From the NCBI GenBank assembly GCA_035260465.1, contig DATFVF010000083.1:1-60751 (forward strand): a stretch of 60,751 nt of DNA. Reading direction: 5' to 3'. Shown here piece by piece: positions 31,749 to 40,720 of this stretch (position 1 is the first letter of the stretch; each line of letters opens with the position of its first letter). A program made the translations under genes and the position numbers. Below the pieces are notes generated by a model. The model was not told the DNA's origin, made no database searches, and saw only the letters and a list, made by a program, of their open reading frames with translations. The DNA is from Pseudolabrys sp. Lineage in GTDB: Bacteria > Pseudomonadota > Alphaproteobacteria > Rhizobiales > Xanthobacteraceae.

Positions 31749-32474
31749 ATGATCGAAATTTTAGAAAATATTGGCGTCAACACGCAGCCTCAGTTCTGGA
31801 TATCAGTTGTTCAAATTATCTGGATCAACGTGCTGCTGTCAGGCGACAACGCAATCGTCATTGCGCTCGCCTGTCGGAATTTGCCGCAAAGACAGCGTCT
31901 CACCGGAATGGTGCTCGGCACGGGCGTCGCGTTATTATTGCGGCTGATCTTCGCAACAATCGTCTCGACACTGATGTTGCTCCCCTACGTCAAGATCGCC
32001 GGGGGCGCCGCGCTTTTATGGATCGCGGTAAAATTGCTTTCGCCCAACGAAGGGGCCGACAACGGAGAACCCACATCCCACAGTCTTTGGCGAGCGGTGA
32101 AGCTTGTCGCCATCGCGGACGTGGTCATGAGCCTCGATAACGTTATCGCCGTGGCGGCGGTCGCCGATGGAAGCCTTGCGTTGCTCGTGTTTGGACTTGG
32201 CGTCAGCATTCCCGCGATCGTGGCCGGCGCAAACATCATCATGGCCATTCTCGGCTATTTTCCGCTCATCATATGGGCGGGCGCGGCTTTGCTGGGATGG
32301 ATTGCAGGCGACGTGATTGCCAGCGACCCGATTGTGGCGGACTACGCGGCATCGTTTGGCGCCGGCGCGCACGCAAAGATCAAGCTGGTCTGCTCGGTTG
32401 CCGGGATGGCCGGGACTGTCGGCGTCTGCCTCATCAGCCGGGCACGACTACGTTCGCCAAAGCTTGACTATTAG
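31749..32474 (+). CDS. TerC/YjbE family membrane protein
   Basis: LLSGDNAIVIALA and IADVVMSLDNVIAVA signature motifs. Confidence 0.92.
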   Translation: MIEILENIGVNTQPQFWISVVQIIWINVLLSGDNAIVIALACRNLPQRQRLTGMVLGTGVALLLRLIFATIVSTLMLLPYVKIAGGAALLWIAVKLLSPNEGADNGEPTSHSLWRAVKLVAIADVVMSLDNVIAVAAVADGSLALLVFGLGVSIPAIVAGANIIMAILGYFPLIIWAGAALLGWIAGDVIASDPIVADYAASFGAGAHAKIKLVCSVAGMAGTVGVCLISRARLRSPKLDY

Positions 32475-32478
32475 CGCA

Positions 32479-33954
32479 TCAAAATAAATCCAAATACTCT
32501 TTCTGTTCCCAAGGCGTCGCTTCAGGTTGCTCGCGCGCCTCCTTCTGGAAACGTTCGAGCTCGGCCGCCTTGATATGCGTGTAGTAGTCCACGAACGCGG
32601 CCCCGAAGCCTGCGCGAAAGACTTCGTCACCGCGCAACGCGGTGAGCGCTTCGGTCAGGTTTTTCGGCAGCAGCGCAGCAACAGCTTCGTAAGGCGTATC
32701 GGCGGAAGGGCCGGGATCCAGCCTCCGGGCGATGCCGTCGAGGCCTGAATAAATCTGCGACGCCACGTAGAGATAGGGATTGGCGGCAGGCTCGCCGATC
32801 CGATTTTCCAGGTGCGTTGCCGGATCGCCTGGCTGGCCCAGGACGCGGACCATCACGCCGCGATTGTCACGTGCCCAGATGGCACGATCCGGAGCGAGCG
32901 AATAAGGCCGGTAGCGCTTGTAACCGTTGATTGTCGGCGTCGTAAAAGCCGCCGCGGCGCGAGCATGTGCGAGCAGGCCGCCGAGATAATATTTTCCAAC
33001 GGTCGAGAGCACGTCGCGGTGATCGAAGGCGAAGGCATTACGCCTAGATTTAGTCTCGATCAGCGATTGATGAAGGTGCCAGCCGCTCGACATCACGTTA
33101 GGAAGCGCCGGCCGGCACATGAAACTCGCGAGATATCCATGACGACGCGCGATCTGTTTCACCGCAGCGCGAAAGAGCACCATCGTGTCGGCGCTCGCGA
33201 TGCCCGGTTCGGGACGGAAAGTAAATTCGCACTGGCTGGGGCCAAGCTCGACTTCCACCGAACGCAACGGCAGACCGAGTTGCTCGATGCCGCGGCGCAG
33301 AATTTCGATTGCTGGATCGAGCATGTCGAAACGCGACTCGGTGAGGTACTGATGGCCTTGCGTGAGCAGGCTGACTTCCGGCGCTTCCGGCGGCCAGGTG
33401 GCGTCAGCCGGCGCCAGCCGCGGATTCTCAAGCTTGAACAGGTGGAATTCGACTTCCAACCCCGCAACGAAATCGAACCCGGCCTTGGCGAGGGTTGCCA
33501 GCGCGTCGCGACAGCGCGCACGCGTTGAATACGGCACCGGCCTGCCGTTGCCAAAATAAATGTCGCACAGCAACCAGCCGGTCTTGTTTGCCCAAGGGAG
33601 AATGCGAAACGTCGTCGGATCGGCGACCATGACGAAGTCGCTGCCACCCTGCATCTCGTCCAAGGCGAAACCGCCGCCCGGCGTGAACACCGGGTAGACG
33701 GTGCGGTGCGCCGTGTCCTTGGCGAGCAGCGTCGTGGTCATGGTGACGCCATTGCGCATCGCATTTGCGGCTTCCGATGCAAGCAAAGTCTTGCCGCGCA
33801 AAACGCCGTGCTGGTCGGCGAAGGAGAAGCGAACGACCTCGAGTTCTTCTTTCTTGATGATGCGGTCGACCTGCACAGCGGCTTTTGACTGCGCGTCGTT
33901 CCACAGGCTGTGGCGTTCGATGAAACTGGTCGGTTTACGCGAACGCGGGGGCAT
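32479..33954 (-). CDS. Glutamine synthetase-like protein (probable gamma-glutamyl ligase)
   Basis: DQHGVLRGK, GLEVEF, ELGPSQCE, SGWHLHQS, NGYKR, DNR and ENRIGEPAANPYL. Confidence 0.92.
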   Translation of the reverse strand: MPPRSRKPTSFIERHSLWNDAQSKAAVQVDRIIKKEELEVVRFSFADQHGVLRGKTLLASEAANAMRNGVTMTTTLLAKDTAHRTVYPVFTPGGGFALDEMQGGSDFVMVADPTTFRILPWANKTGWLLCDIYFGNGRPVPYSTRARCRDALATLAKAGFDFVAGLEVEFHLFKLENPRLAPADATWPPEAPEVSLLTQGHQYLTESRFDMLDPAIEILRRGIEQLGLPLRSVEVELGPSQCEFTFRPEPGIASADTMVLFRAAVKQIARRHGYLASFMCRPALPNVMSSGWHLHQSLIETKSRRNAFAFDHRDVLSTVGKYYLGGLLAHARAAAAFTTPTINGYKRYRPYSLAPDRAIWARDNRGVMVRVLGQPGDPATHLENRIGEPAANPYLYVASQIYSGLDGIARRLDPGPSADTPYEAVAALLPKNLTEALTALRGDEVFRAGFGAAFVDYYTHIKAAELERFQKEAREQPEATPWEQKEYLDLF

Positions 33955-33960
33955 TACGGC

Positions 33961-35274
33961 CTAGTGCCCATTGGGCCAGCTCGCAGCCTTACGTTTGCTC
34001 GCCTCGCTCTTTTGCCAATAGCCCTGCCAGTCGTCGGCGGGGCCGATACCGTCGATCGCCGCAGGCCCGGTGATGCTCGTGGCCTGTGCGGGTTCGAGCA
34101 CCATGATCGGCCTCTCGCCTTTGCTTGTCTGTTCGATCGACTGCCTCAGCAGCCGGCGGTAAGCAGCAATTGCTTTGTCCGAAGTGCCGAGATGCTCGCT
34201 GCTGCGATCTTGGATCGTGCCCATCGACTCGCAGGCCCACTGGTCATGCACGTTGATGTCGGCACCCATGCCGGTAAAGGTCTCGTGCTCCTGCTCGTGC
34301 GGATCGAAGCCGTAGTCGTTGCTCTTGTTCTTGTTTGGGATGTAATCGGGCAGCTGATAGAGCGCCAGGCGTTGACGCCGCATTTCGTCCTTGTCGACGG
34401 GAGCGCCGAAGCTCGTGAAGATCGCGTACCAATAGTGCTTCTCGTCGCTGATCGGCACGTGCCACTGCGTGATCGTCATCTCGCGGCTCATCGGAATGAT
34501 GAACGCATTGGGAAACATCAGGTTGGTGACGCGTACATGCGTACTCGCTTTACTGATCTGGCGAAGCGTCACCAGCCGGAAGCCGAACTCGGTTGGTTCG
34601 ACTTCGATGCGAGGCCGGGTGAACTCGCGCATGATCTGCGACATCGGCATGTCGGAATCGCGCGACGTGTCGCGGAATAATTTACCGTAGGCCTGGCTTG
34701 GATCTTCGTCCTGGAAGAACCGATGCAGGAACGAGGTGTGGACCGGATCGATGCCCACTTCGAGCGACTGCAGCCAATTGCAGTCGATCATGCCTTTGAA
34801 CGCGAAGGTGTGGCTGGCGGGTGCGACGAAACAGTCGAAATGCGGAAACGCCGGCGGCTCACCCGGCCCGAGATAAGCGAAAAGAATACCACTCTTCTCT
34901 ACCACTGGATATGATTTCTGCCGAACATTTACGCAGAGATTGCTGTCGTCGGGTTCAGCCGGTGTCTCGAGACACTGTCCATGCACGTCGAACAGCCAGC
35001 CATGGAAGGCGCAACGCAGGCCGCCATTTTCCAGCCGGCCGTAAGCGAGGTCGGTGCCGCGATGCGGGCAGCGACGGCCGATCAAGCCGTACCGGCCCTG
35101 CTCGTCCTTGAAGATCACCAGATCTTCGCCAAACAACCGTATCGGTTTGACCGGACGGTTGCCGGAAAGCTCATCGACCAACGCCGCCGGCTGCCAATAA
35201 CGCCGCATCAAGGCGCCTGCCGGCGTGCCCGCTCCGGTTCGGGTGATGAAATCGTTCTGCTCTGCACTCAACAT
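33961..35274 (-). CDS. Rieske non-heme iron aromatic oxygenase, alpha subunit (phthalate dioxygenase/LigXa-like)
   Basis: CPHRG-X-CAFHGW Rieske motif, DPVHTSFLH and distal D (HDQWA) for mononuclear Fe. Confidence 0.93.
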   Translation of the reverse strand: MLSAEQNDFITRTGAGTPAGALMRRYWQPAALVDELSGNRPVKPIRLFGEDLVIFKDEQGRYGLIGRRCPHRGTDLAYGRLENGGLRCAFHGWLFDVHGQCLETPAEPDDSNLCVNVRQKSYPVVEKSGILFAYLGPGEPPAFPHFDCFVAPASHTFAFKGMIDCNWLQSLEVGIDPVHTSFLHRFFQDEDPSQAYGKLFRDTSRDSDMPMSQIMREFTRPRIEVEPTEFGFRLVTLRQISKASTHVRVTNLMFPNAFIIPMSREMTITQWHVPISDEKHYWYAIFTSFGAPVDKDEMRRQRLALYQLPDYIPNKNKSNDYGFDPHEQEHETFTGMGADINVHDQWACESMGTIQDRSSEHLGTSDKAIAAYRRLLRQSIEQTSKGERPIMVLEPAQATSITGPAAIDGIGPADDWQGYWQKSEASKRKAASWPNGH

Positions 35275-35350
35275 CGCCAGCCGTCCCCTTTACCGGCGGC
35301 CGACTCTATACGAAGTCCGCAACGGACAGGAAGCTGTGCCAAAGCCCGCA

Positions 35351-35382
35351 TAAACAAAGCGGCCGGCGCAAGGGCCGGCCGC
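35351..35382 (-). terminator. Intrinsic terminator
   Basis: GCGGCCGGC-N6-GCCGGCCGC followed by TTTGTTT on the minus strand. Confidence 0.75.
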
Positions 35383-35402
35383 AACTCATGGGCGCTGGGC
35401 AC

Positions 35403-35771
35403 TCAGCCCGAATGGCGCGCAGCCCAACCCGTGTCCATGCGCCGGCGCCAAGCGGTCTGCCGTAGGCCCGTCAGGCGTTGTGCGGTGGTCTTGGCTTCAG
35501 CGCGGCTCATTGCCGCGCACGTTCGGTATTCGAGATCGGCCACGCGCGACACCAGCGGCTCCTTGCGGAAGAGCCGGGCAAATGTGCTGACGCCGCCGTT
35601 CAATTTCAGATCAGCGAGCGAATTGGCGACATTGCCGGAATGACCGAATGCAACGACCCTACCGGTCATCGTGTGGCGGACTTCGTAAACTCCAGGGCCT
35701 ATGGGGGCTTCGACGTGTTCTCCGCTCTGCGCATCGGGAAATCGTTTCCAAGTACTCCAAGTCTGAACCAT
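35403..35771 (-). CDS. Hypothetical protein (122 aa, basic)
   Basis: GAGGGAG RBS, own promoter motif and terminator. Confidence 0.8.
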   Translation of the reverse strand: MVQTWSTWKRFPDAQSGEHVEAPIGPGVYEVRHTMTGRVVAFGHSGNVANSLADLKLNGGVSTFARLFRKEPLVSRVADLEYRTCAAMSRAEAKTTAQRLTGLRQTAWRRRMDTGWAARHSG

Positions 35772-35814
35772 AAAACTCCCTCAATATCGCTATCGTTCAA
35801 AAACGCGCACCAGC

Positions 35815-35839
35815 AACGCGACAACTAACCATTGGTTCC
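35815..35839 (-). promoter_or_regulatory. EcfG (sigmaT/RpoE2) general-stress promoter
   Basis: Exact GGAAC-N16-CGTT on the minus strand, 44 nt upstream of ATG 35771. Confidence 0.7.
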
Positions 35840-35943
35840 GCCGGGTCAACCGGGCCTGTTGATAAGCGGGTAATCGCGGCCGCAATTAGGCGGCGATAAA
35901 AATCAACGTATTTACAGTTACGTAGCGGAGTTAACGACACAAG

Positions 35944-36780
35944 TTAATGGCCAGGTAGGACAAGCACCTTCGGCTTTGCCGGGAGGCTCGTTTTGGATAC
36001 CACCAATGATGGTATTTCGGCGACGTCCACGTCCCATTCCTGCCGCACACGCTGCAAAAAGTGGTCGAGCGTAAAGGCGCTGAAATAGTGCATCGGGATC
36101 ATAAGCGGCGCCTTGAGCGCGTGCAGTACCTCCACCATGCCGTCGAGATCGAGCGTGTAGGACCCGTCCACCGGCACCAGCACAATGTCGACGCGGCCAA
36201 TTTCATTGAGCTGCTGTTGAGTCAGCGTGTGATGCAGATGGCCGAGATGTGCGATGCAGAGGTTTGCGACCTCGAAGATGAAGATTGAATTGCCGTGACG
36301 CTCGGTGCCGCCATCGAACGTACGGATGTTGGTCGGGACGTTGCGCACACGCACGTCTTTGTATTGCAGATCGACGCGCGCCGGCTTCTCGTCGTCGGCC
36401 CAGCCATGCAGCACGTATTTGATGCCCGGGTCCGGCGACAACGTGTAATGCGTCGAATGTGCGTGATTCATCGTCGCGATATCGGGCAGTATCGGCGGCC
36501 TGACATAGTCGTTGTAGTCGGTGGCAATCCGAACGAGCTGCGGACTTTCGATCAGGAAAGTCGAATGTCCGACGTAACTGATGCGCGCCTGATCGCGCTC
36601 AAGAGCAGCAAGGCGCAGCGCGGCTGGCTCAACAAAGGGTGGTCGCGCCGCGATCAGGCCCGGGCAGCTTTGCGTCATTTCAGGCTTGGCGGGAGGCGCC
36701 GCCCCTTGCGCGGTGGCTTGCGTCGCCACCGCGATGGCACACACCGCGGCCGAGAGGATTTTTAGCAAAGCGTTGTACAT
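35944..36780 (-). CDS. Secreted MBL-fold metallo-hydrolase
   Basis: Signal peptide, YVGHSTFLIE, NHAHSTH, AHLGHL, PVDG and PMHY. Confidence 0.88.
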   Translation of the reverse strand: MYNALLKILSAAVCAIAVATQATAQGAAPPAKPEMTQSCPGLIAARPPFVEPAALRLAALERDQARISYVGHSTFLIESPQLVRIATDYNDYVRPPILPDIATMNHAHSTHYTLSPDPGIKYVLHGWADDEKPARVDLQYKDVRVRNVPTNIRTFDGGTERHGNSIFIFEVANLCIAHLGHLHHTLTQQQLNEIGRVDIVLVPVDGSYTLDLDGMVEVLHALKAPLMIPMHYFSAFTLDHFLQRVRQEWDVDVAEIPSLVVSKTSLPAKPKVLVLPGH

Positions 36781-36855
36781 GACGAACCCGCGTCACCTAA
36801 AGCGGCAGGAAATCTGACACGCTTTTGCCAGGCTCGCTACCGGCCTCACGCGCAA

Positions 36856-36881
36856 ATGAAGAGCGGCGCCCGAAGGCGCCG
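36856..36881 (-). terminator. Probable terminator hairpin
   Basis: CGGCGCC-TTCG-GGCGCCG on the minus strand with a weak U tract, downstream of the 36910 gene. Confidence 0.55.
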
Positions 36882-36909
36882 TCAATTGCCGTTCACGGGA
36901 TCTTTGCGA

Positions 36910-37776
36910 TCAGAATTGTTCGAAGTAGCGACGGTCGCGCATCGAGACGATGATTCCCTTCGGGGTCACCACCAGCCAGCGCCCATCCTGCCGCTTGATC
37001 TGTTCGACCGGACCGAGACCCGGCAATGGCGCGCCGGGTACGACCTGGTATACGTCGCCATGACCCTGCACGTAAACGTAGCCGTCGTGCGTTTCACGGA
37101 TCGACCAATCCGCCACAATCGACAAACGTGGCGACGGTGGCGCTTCCGCGGCGGGCGCGGGACGCGGCGTCGGAAGAGGCGCAGCCTGCTGCTGTGGCGG
37201 AATCGTTTGCGGTGCTGGCGGGGTCGTTTGCGGCGGCGCGATTGAGCCGGTGATTTCTGCGCCGTCGCGATTGAGGCGTTCGCTGATTTTCGCGATCTGA
37301 CTATGTGCGGATTTGTTCGCCGTTTCGAGGCCCGCCTTCAGGGCTGTGATTTCCTTGGTGAGCCGAGCAATCGACTGTTGCGTCGCCCTGTTTTCCTCGA
37401 CCGCGATGTCAATTGTTGCAGGCCTCGAAAAGCTGCCACTGGTTGCCGCACCAAAGACCGCGCCGAGTACGGCCGCGAGCGCTACCGAAGCGGCGAGTAA
37501 AGCATGGCGTTTGTGCCGGGGCCGCAAAGTGAATCGCGGAAGAATTGACGGGGCCCGCGGAACATCTTCTAAGCCGGCAACGTGCGCCGTTTCTTCCGGT
37601 AGGGTTGCAGCGAGGGGCTCCGCCGTGGCCGGTTCGGCCGCCGCTTCCGATGTTGCCGGGGAGATCGACGGAGACTCCACGGACGGCAACTCGATCTTGG
37701 GTTGCGCCTGAACCGGCGCGCTGTCCGGGTTTGCGAGCGCCTCGCTGCCTGCTATCTCGGTTTTGCGCTTTGCCAT
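36910..37776 (-). CDS. Membrane-anchored hypothetical protein (TM, coiled coil, Pro-rich linker, C-terminal beta domain)
   Basis: GAGG RBS. Architecture is visible in the translation, C-terminal PGAPLPGLGPVEQIKRQDGRWLVVTPKG. Confidence 0.82.
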   Translation of the reverse strand: MAKRKTEIAGSEALANPDSAPVQAQPKIELPSVESPSISPATSEAAAEPATAEPLAATLPEETAHVAGLEDVPRAPSILPRFTLRPRHKRHALLAASVALAAVLGAVFGAATSGSFSRPATIDIAVEENRATQQSIARLTKEITALKAGLETANKSAHSQIAKISERLNRDGAEITGSIAPPQTTPPAPQTIPPQQQAAPLPTPRPAPAAEAPPSPRLSIVADWSIRETHDGYVYVQGHGDVYQVVPGAPLPGLGPVEQIKRQDGRWLVVTPKGIIVSMRDRRYFEQF

Positions 37777-37823
37777 GGCCCGACGTCCTCGCTTGGCTAT
37801 TCACCAATCGGTAACCACGTTCG

Positions 37824-37839
37824 GTTACCAATTGGTTAC
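37824..37839 (-). promoter_or_regulatory. CtrA-like box
   Basis: Minus strand GTAA-CCAATTG-GTAAC versus consensus TTAA-N7-TTAAC, with an extra GGTAACC half site at 37810. Confidence 0.45.
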
Positions 37840-37995
37840 CAATCGCTTGCGAGCACTGTGGCGCTGCGTCTACTGACGTATCCGAGGACCTTGCATCGTA
37901 TCCTGACGAAGGATACCCGCCGGTCAGCGTGAGATACTGGTTTTATGCCGGCGTCTCACGCCCATTTCTCCACCAGCAATTTCGAAGAAGGCGCT

Positions 37996-38997
37996 CTAGA
38001 GCGGCAGGCCGTTTTCAGCCGCGCGGGCTTTCAATGACACGGCCGGTCGCGCGCCGATGTGCTGGATAACTTCTGCCGCCGCGAGGCCGCCGAGACGGGC
38101 GGCGGTGCGATGATCCTTGCCGCGTGCCAACCCAACCAGAAAGCCCGCCGCAAATAAATCGCCGGCGCCGGTGACATCGGCCACTTGTTCGACTGGCTCT
38201 GCTGCCACGGCTTCGACGCCGTCGCGCGACACCACAACGCAACCCTTTTCGCTGCGCGTCACCACGGCGAGTTTCGCCTCACCGCGGAGCGCCTGGACCG
38301 CACTATCGAATTCGGCCGTCTCATAGAGGCTGTGCAGCTCGCGTTCATTGGCGAACACGATGTCGACGGTGCCTTTACGGATCAACTCGAGGAATTCCGC
38401 GCGGTAGCGGTCGACACAAAATGCATCGGATAATGTGAGGGCGACCTGCCGGCCGGCCTTGTGCGCAATTCCCGCAGCTTTGACGAACGCGTCCTTCGCT
38501 TGCGGCGGATCCCACAAATAACCTTCGAGGTATGTGACCGCGGCACTAGCTACCTGCGCCTCATCGATATCGTCCGGTTTGAGGTCCTGCGCGGCGCCAA
38601 GAAACGTATTCATGGTGCGCTCGCCGTCTGGCGTCACCATGATGTAGCAGCGCGCGGTCGACGGTCCGCCACGCGCCGGCTTGGTATCGAAGGCAACATT
38701 GGCGGCGCGGATGTCATGGGCGAAGGCGCGGCCAAGTTCGTCATCTTTGACCTTGCCGACGAAAGTAGCGCGAGCACCGAAACTGGCGACTCCAACAATG
38801 GTGTTGGCTGCCGAGCCGCCAGAACTTTCCACCGCCGGCCCCATAGCCGAATAGATCGCCTGTGCGCGCGCCTCATCGATGAGCGCCATCGTGCCCTTTT
38901 GCATGCCCTGCGCCACGAGAAAGTCGTCCTCTGTGCGGGCGATGACGTCGACAATGGCGTTGCCGATGCCGAGCACGTCGTAGCGGGGAGCGGTCAT
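37996..38997 (-). CDS. PfkB family adenosine kinase
   Basis: GIGNAIVD, GGSAANT, DGERTM, LEGYLWD, FANE and DVTGAGDLFAAGF. Confidence 0.93.
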   Translation of the reverse strand: MTAPRYDVLGIGNAIVDVIARTEDDFLVAQGMQKGTMALIDEARAQAIYSAMGPAVESSGGSAANTIVGVASFGARATFVGKVKDDELGRAFAHDIRAANVAFDTKPARGGPSTARCYIMVTPDGERTMNTFLGAAQDLKPDDIDEAQVASAAVTYLEGYLWDPPQAKDAFVKAAGIAHKAGRQVALTLSDAFCVDRYRAEFLELIRKGTVDIVFANERELHSLYETAEFDSAVQALRGEAKLAVVTRSEKGCVVVSRDGVEAVAAEPVEQVADVTGAGDLFAAGFLVGLARGKDHRTAARLGGLAAAEVIQHIGARPAVSLKARAAENGLPL

Positions 38998-39119
38998 GCG
39001 TAATCCTTCTTTGATGGCGCGCGCACTATATCGAGCGAACGCGCCGCGGCAAGCGACCACATCGCATGGGTGACGGGCGTGTGCCCACAGGCTTAGAGTG
39101 CTCGCAGGGGAATCACTTT

Positions 39120-40658
39120 ATGTCGCTGGCACGCGATATCACCACAGTCGGCGGCGGCACATTAATGTCGCGGTTGCTGGCCTATTTGCGCGACGCATGG
39201 ATCGCCGCATTGTTGGGCGCGGAAGCATATTCAGAAGCATTCTTCGCAGTGTTGCAGGTCGTTAATTTTTTTCGGCGCCTGCTGTCGGAGGGCGCGCTCA
39301 ACAGCGCCTTCGTGCCGATCTGGCTCAAGCTGCGCGGCGGCGAGGATGGAGCGGCCAATGCCTGCTGGTTCACCCTCCGGGCGATGGTGATGATCGGCAT
39401 ATTCACCGGCATCGTCGTTTTGATTGTCACCATCTTCGCGCCTTCCGTCATCGCCGTTATCGCACCCGGATTCGAAGCGGCGCTGCGCAACCAGGCGACG
39501 CTGCTGCTCATGATCGTAGCGCCCTATATTGTGCTGGCGGGTTTGGTCGCCGTGGGTGCTGCCGTGCTCAGCGCGCAAGGGCGTGTCTTCATCGTCGCGG
39601 TCAGTACCGCAATATTCAATCTGGTCTTGTTGCTGGCCCTCACGCTTATCGCGCGCGAGAACGACCGAATGTGGATCACCATTTGGCTGGCGATGGCAAT
39701 CGTCATTGCCGGTTTCGGTCAGCTCCTGATCGTGACTGCGGCCTTGGCGCGGGGCCGTAGCTGGCGGCGCCCGCGAGTGCGTGTGCCCGACCAAACGGCA
39801 GTATTTTTTAGGCGCGCCCTGCCCGGCCTGATCGCCACCGGCATTCCGCAACTCAAGCTGATCGCGGCCACCGCGATTGCATCGGCCTCGCCTGCGGCGG
39901 TGGCGTGGCTCTATTACGCCAATCGGCTTTACGAACTTCCACTCGGCGTCGCGTCCGCCGCCATGGCGGCGGTGATCGTGCCGCGCATTTCGGCCAGTGT
40001 GCATGCCGACGACCCTGCCGCGGATGCGGCCGCACAGTCGCGTGCCTACGAAATTGCGCTCGGCCTCGCGCTGCCGTCGGCCGTGGGCTTTGCGCTGCTG
40101 GCGAATCCGATTGCGGGCGGTCTCTTCGAACGCGGCGCATTCGGATCACAAGATACAGACGCGGTCGCGGCCGCCCTTGCCGCGATCTGTGCCGGACTGC
40201 CGGGGCATGTGCTGGAAAAAGCGTTCGGGGCGGTATCCTTCGCTCACGAGGATACACATACGCCCATGTACACAGCCTTATGTGGTCTTGCCGCCGCCAT
40301 CGCCGGAGGCGTGCTGCTTTTTCCGTTATATGGGCCCACAGGTGTCGCCGCGGCAATCGCCATCTCGGGCTGGGTCGGCGCCTCGTTGCTCGGCGCCGTG
40401 CTCTATTGGCGGCGTTGGCTGCGTCTCGACAATGATGCTCGCCGGCGTCTCCCACGCATTGGCCTCGCCACCATCGTCATGGCGGCTGTTATCGCTTGCG
40501 TCGGTTATGCCGTGGGCGCGCCTGCCACGTCGCTCGGCCGCCTGGAGTTGCTCGCCGTGCTGGTAACGCTCGGTGTGGCCGTTTATGGCACGGCGCTGCA
40601 TGTGCTCGGAGTAGCGAAGTTCAAAGATGTCGCGGCGGCTCTGCACCCGCGTGCTTGA
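39120..40658 (+). CDS. murJ: Lipid II flippase MurJ (MviN)
   Basis: SRLLAYLRD, FRRLLSEGALNSAFVP, LYYANRLYELPLG and LFERGAF. Confidence 0.93.
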   Translation: MSLARDITTVGGGTLMSRLLAYLRDAWIAALLGAEAYSEAFFAVLQVVNFFRRLLSEGALNSAFVPIWLKLRGGEDGAANACWFTLRAMVMIGIFTGIVVLIVTIFAPSVIAVIAPGFEAALRNQATLLLMIVAPYIVLAGLVAVGAAVLSAQGRVFIVAVSTAIFNLVLLLALTLIARENDRMWITIWLAMAIVIAGFGQLLIVTAALARGRSWRRPRVRVPDQTAVFFRRALPGLIATGIPQLKLIAATAIASASPAAVAWLYYANRLYELPLGVASAAMAAVIVPRISASVHADDPAADAAAQSRAYEIALGLALPSAVGFALLANPIAGGLFERGAFGSQDTDAVAAALAAICAGLPGHVLEKAFGAVSFAHEDTHTPMYTALCGLAAAIAGGVLLFPLYGPTGVAAAIAISGWVGASLLGAVLYWRRWLRLDNDARRRLPRIGLATIVMAAVIACVGYAVGAPATSLGRLELLAVLVTLGVAVYGTALHVLGVAKFKDVAAALHPRA

Positions 40659-40720
40659 GGGCCTTGCGCCGCGCGCCTTCGGCGTGGCATGGGTCGCCGC
40701 GCAAGTGAAAAGGATAGGCG

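Noticed and set aside
32479-33954. Calling the gene glnA
   Set aside because: Sequence is divergent from GSI, there is no glnB context, and it is coupled to a Rieske oxygenase.
35931-35947. CtrA box TTAA...TTAA
   Set aside because: Spacer is 9 nt, not 7, and one half overlaps the MBL gene stop codon.
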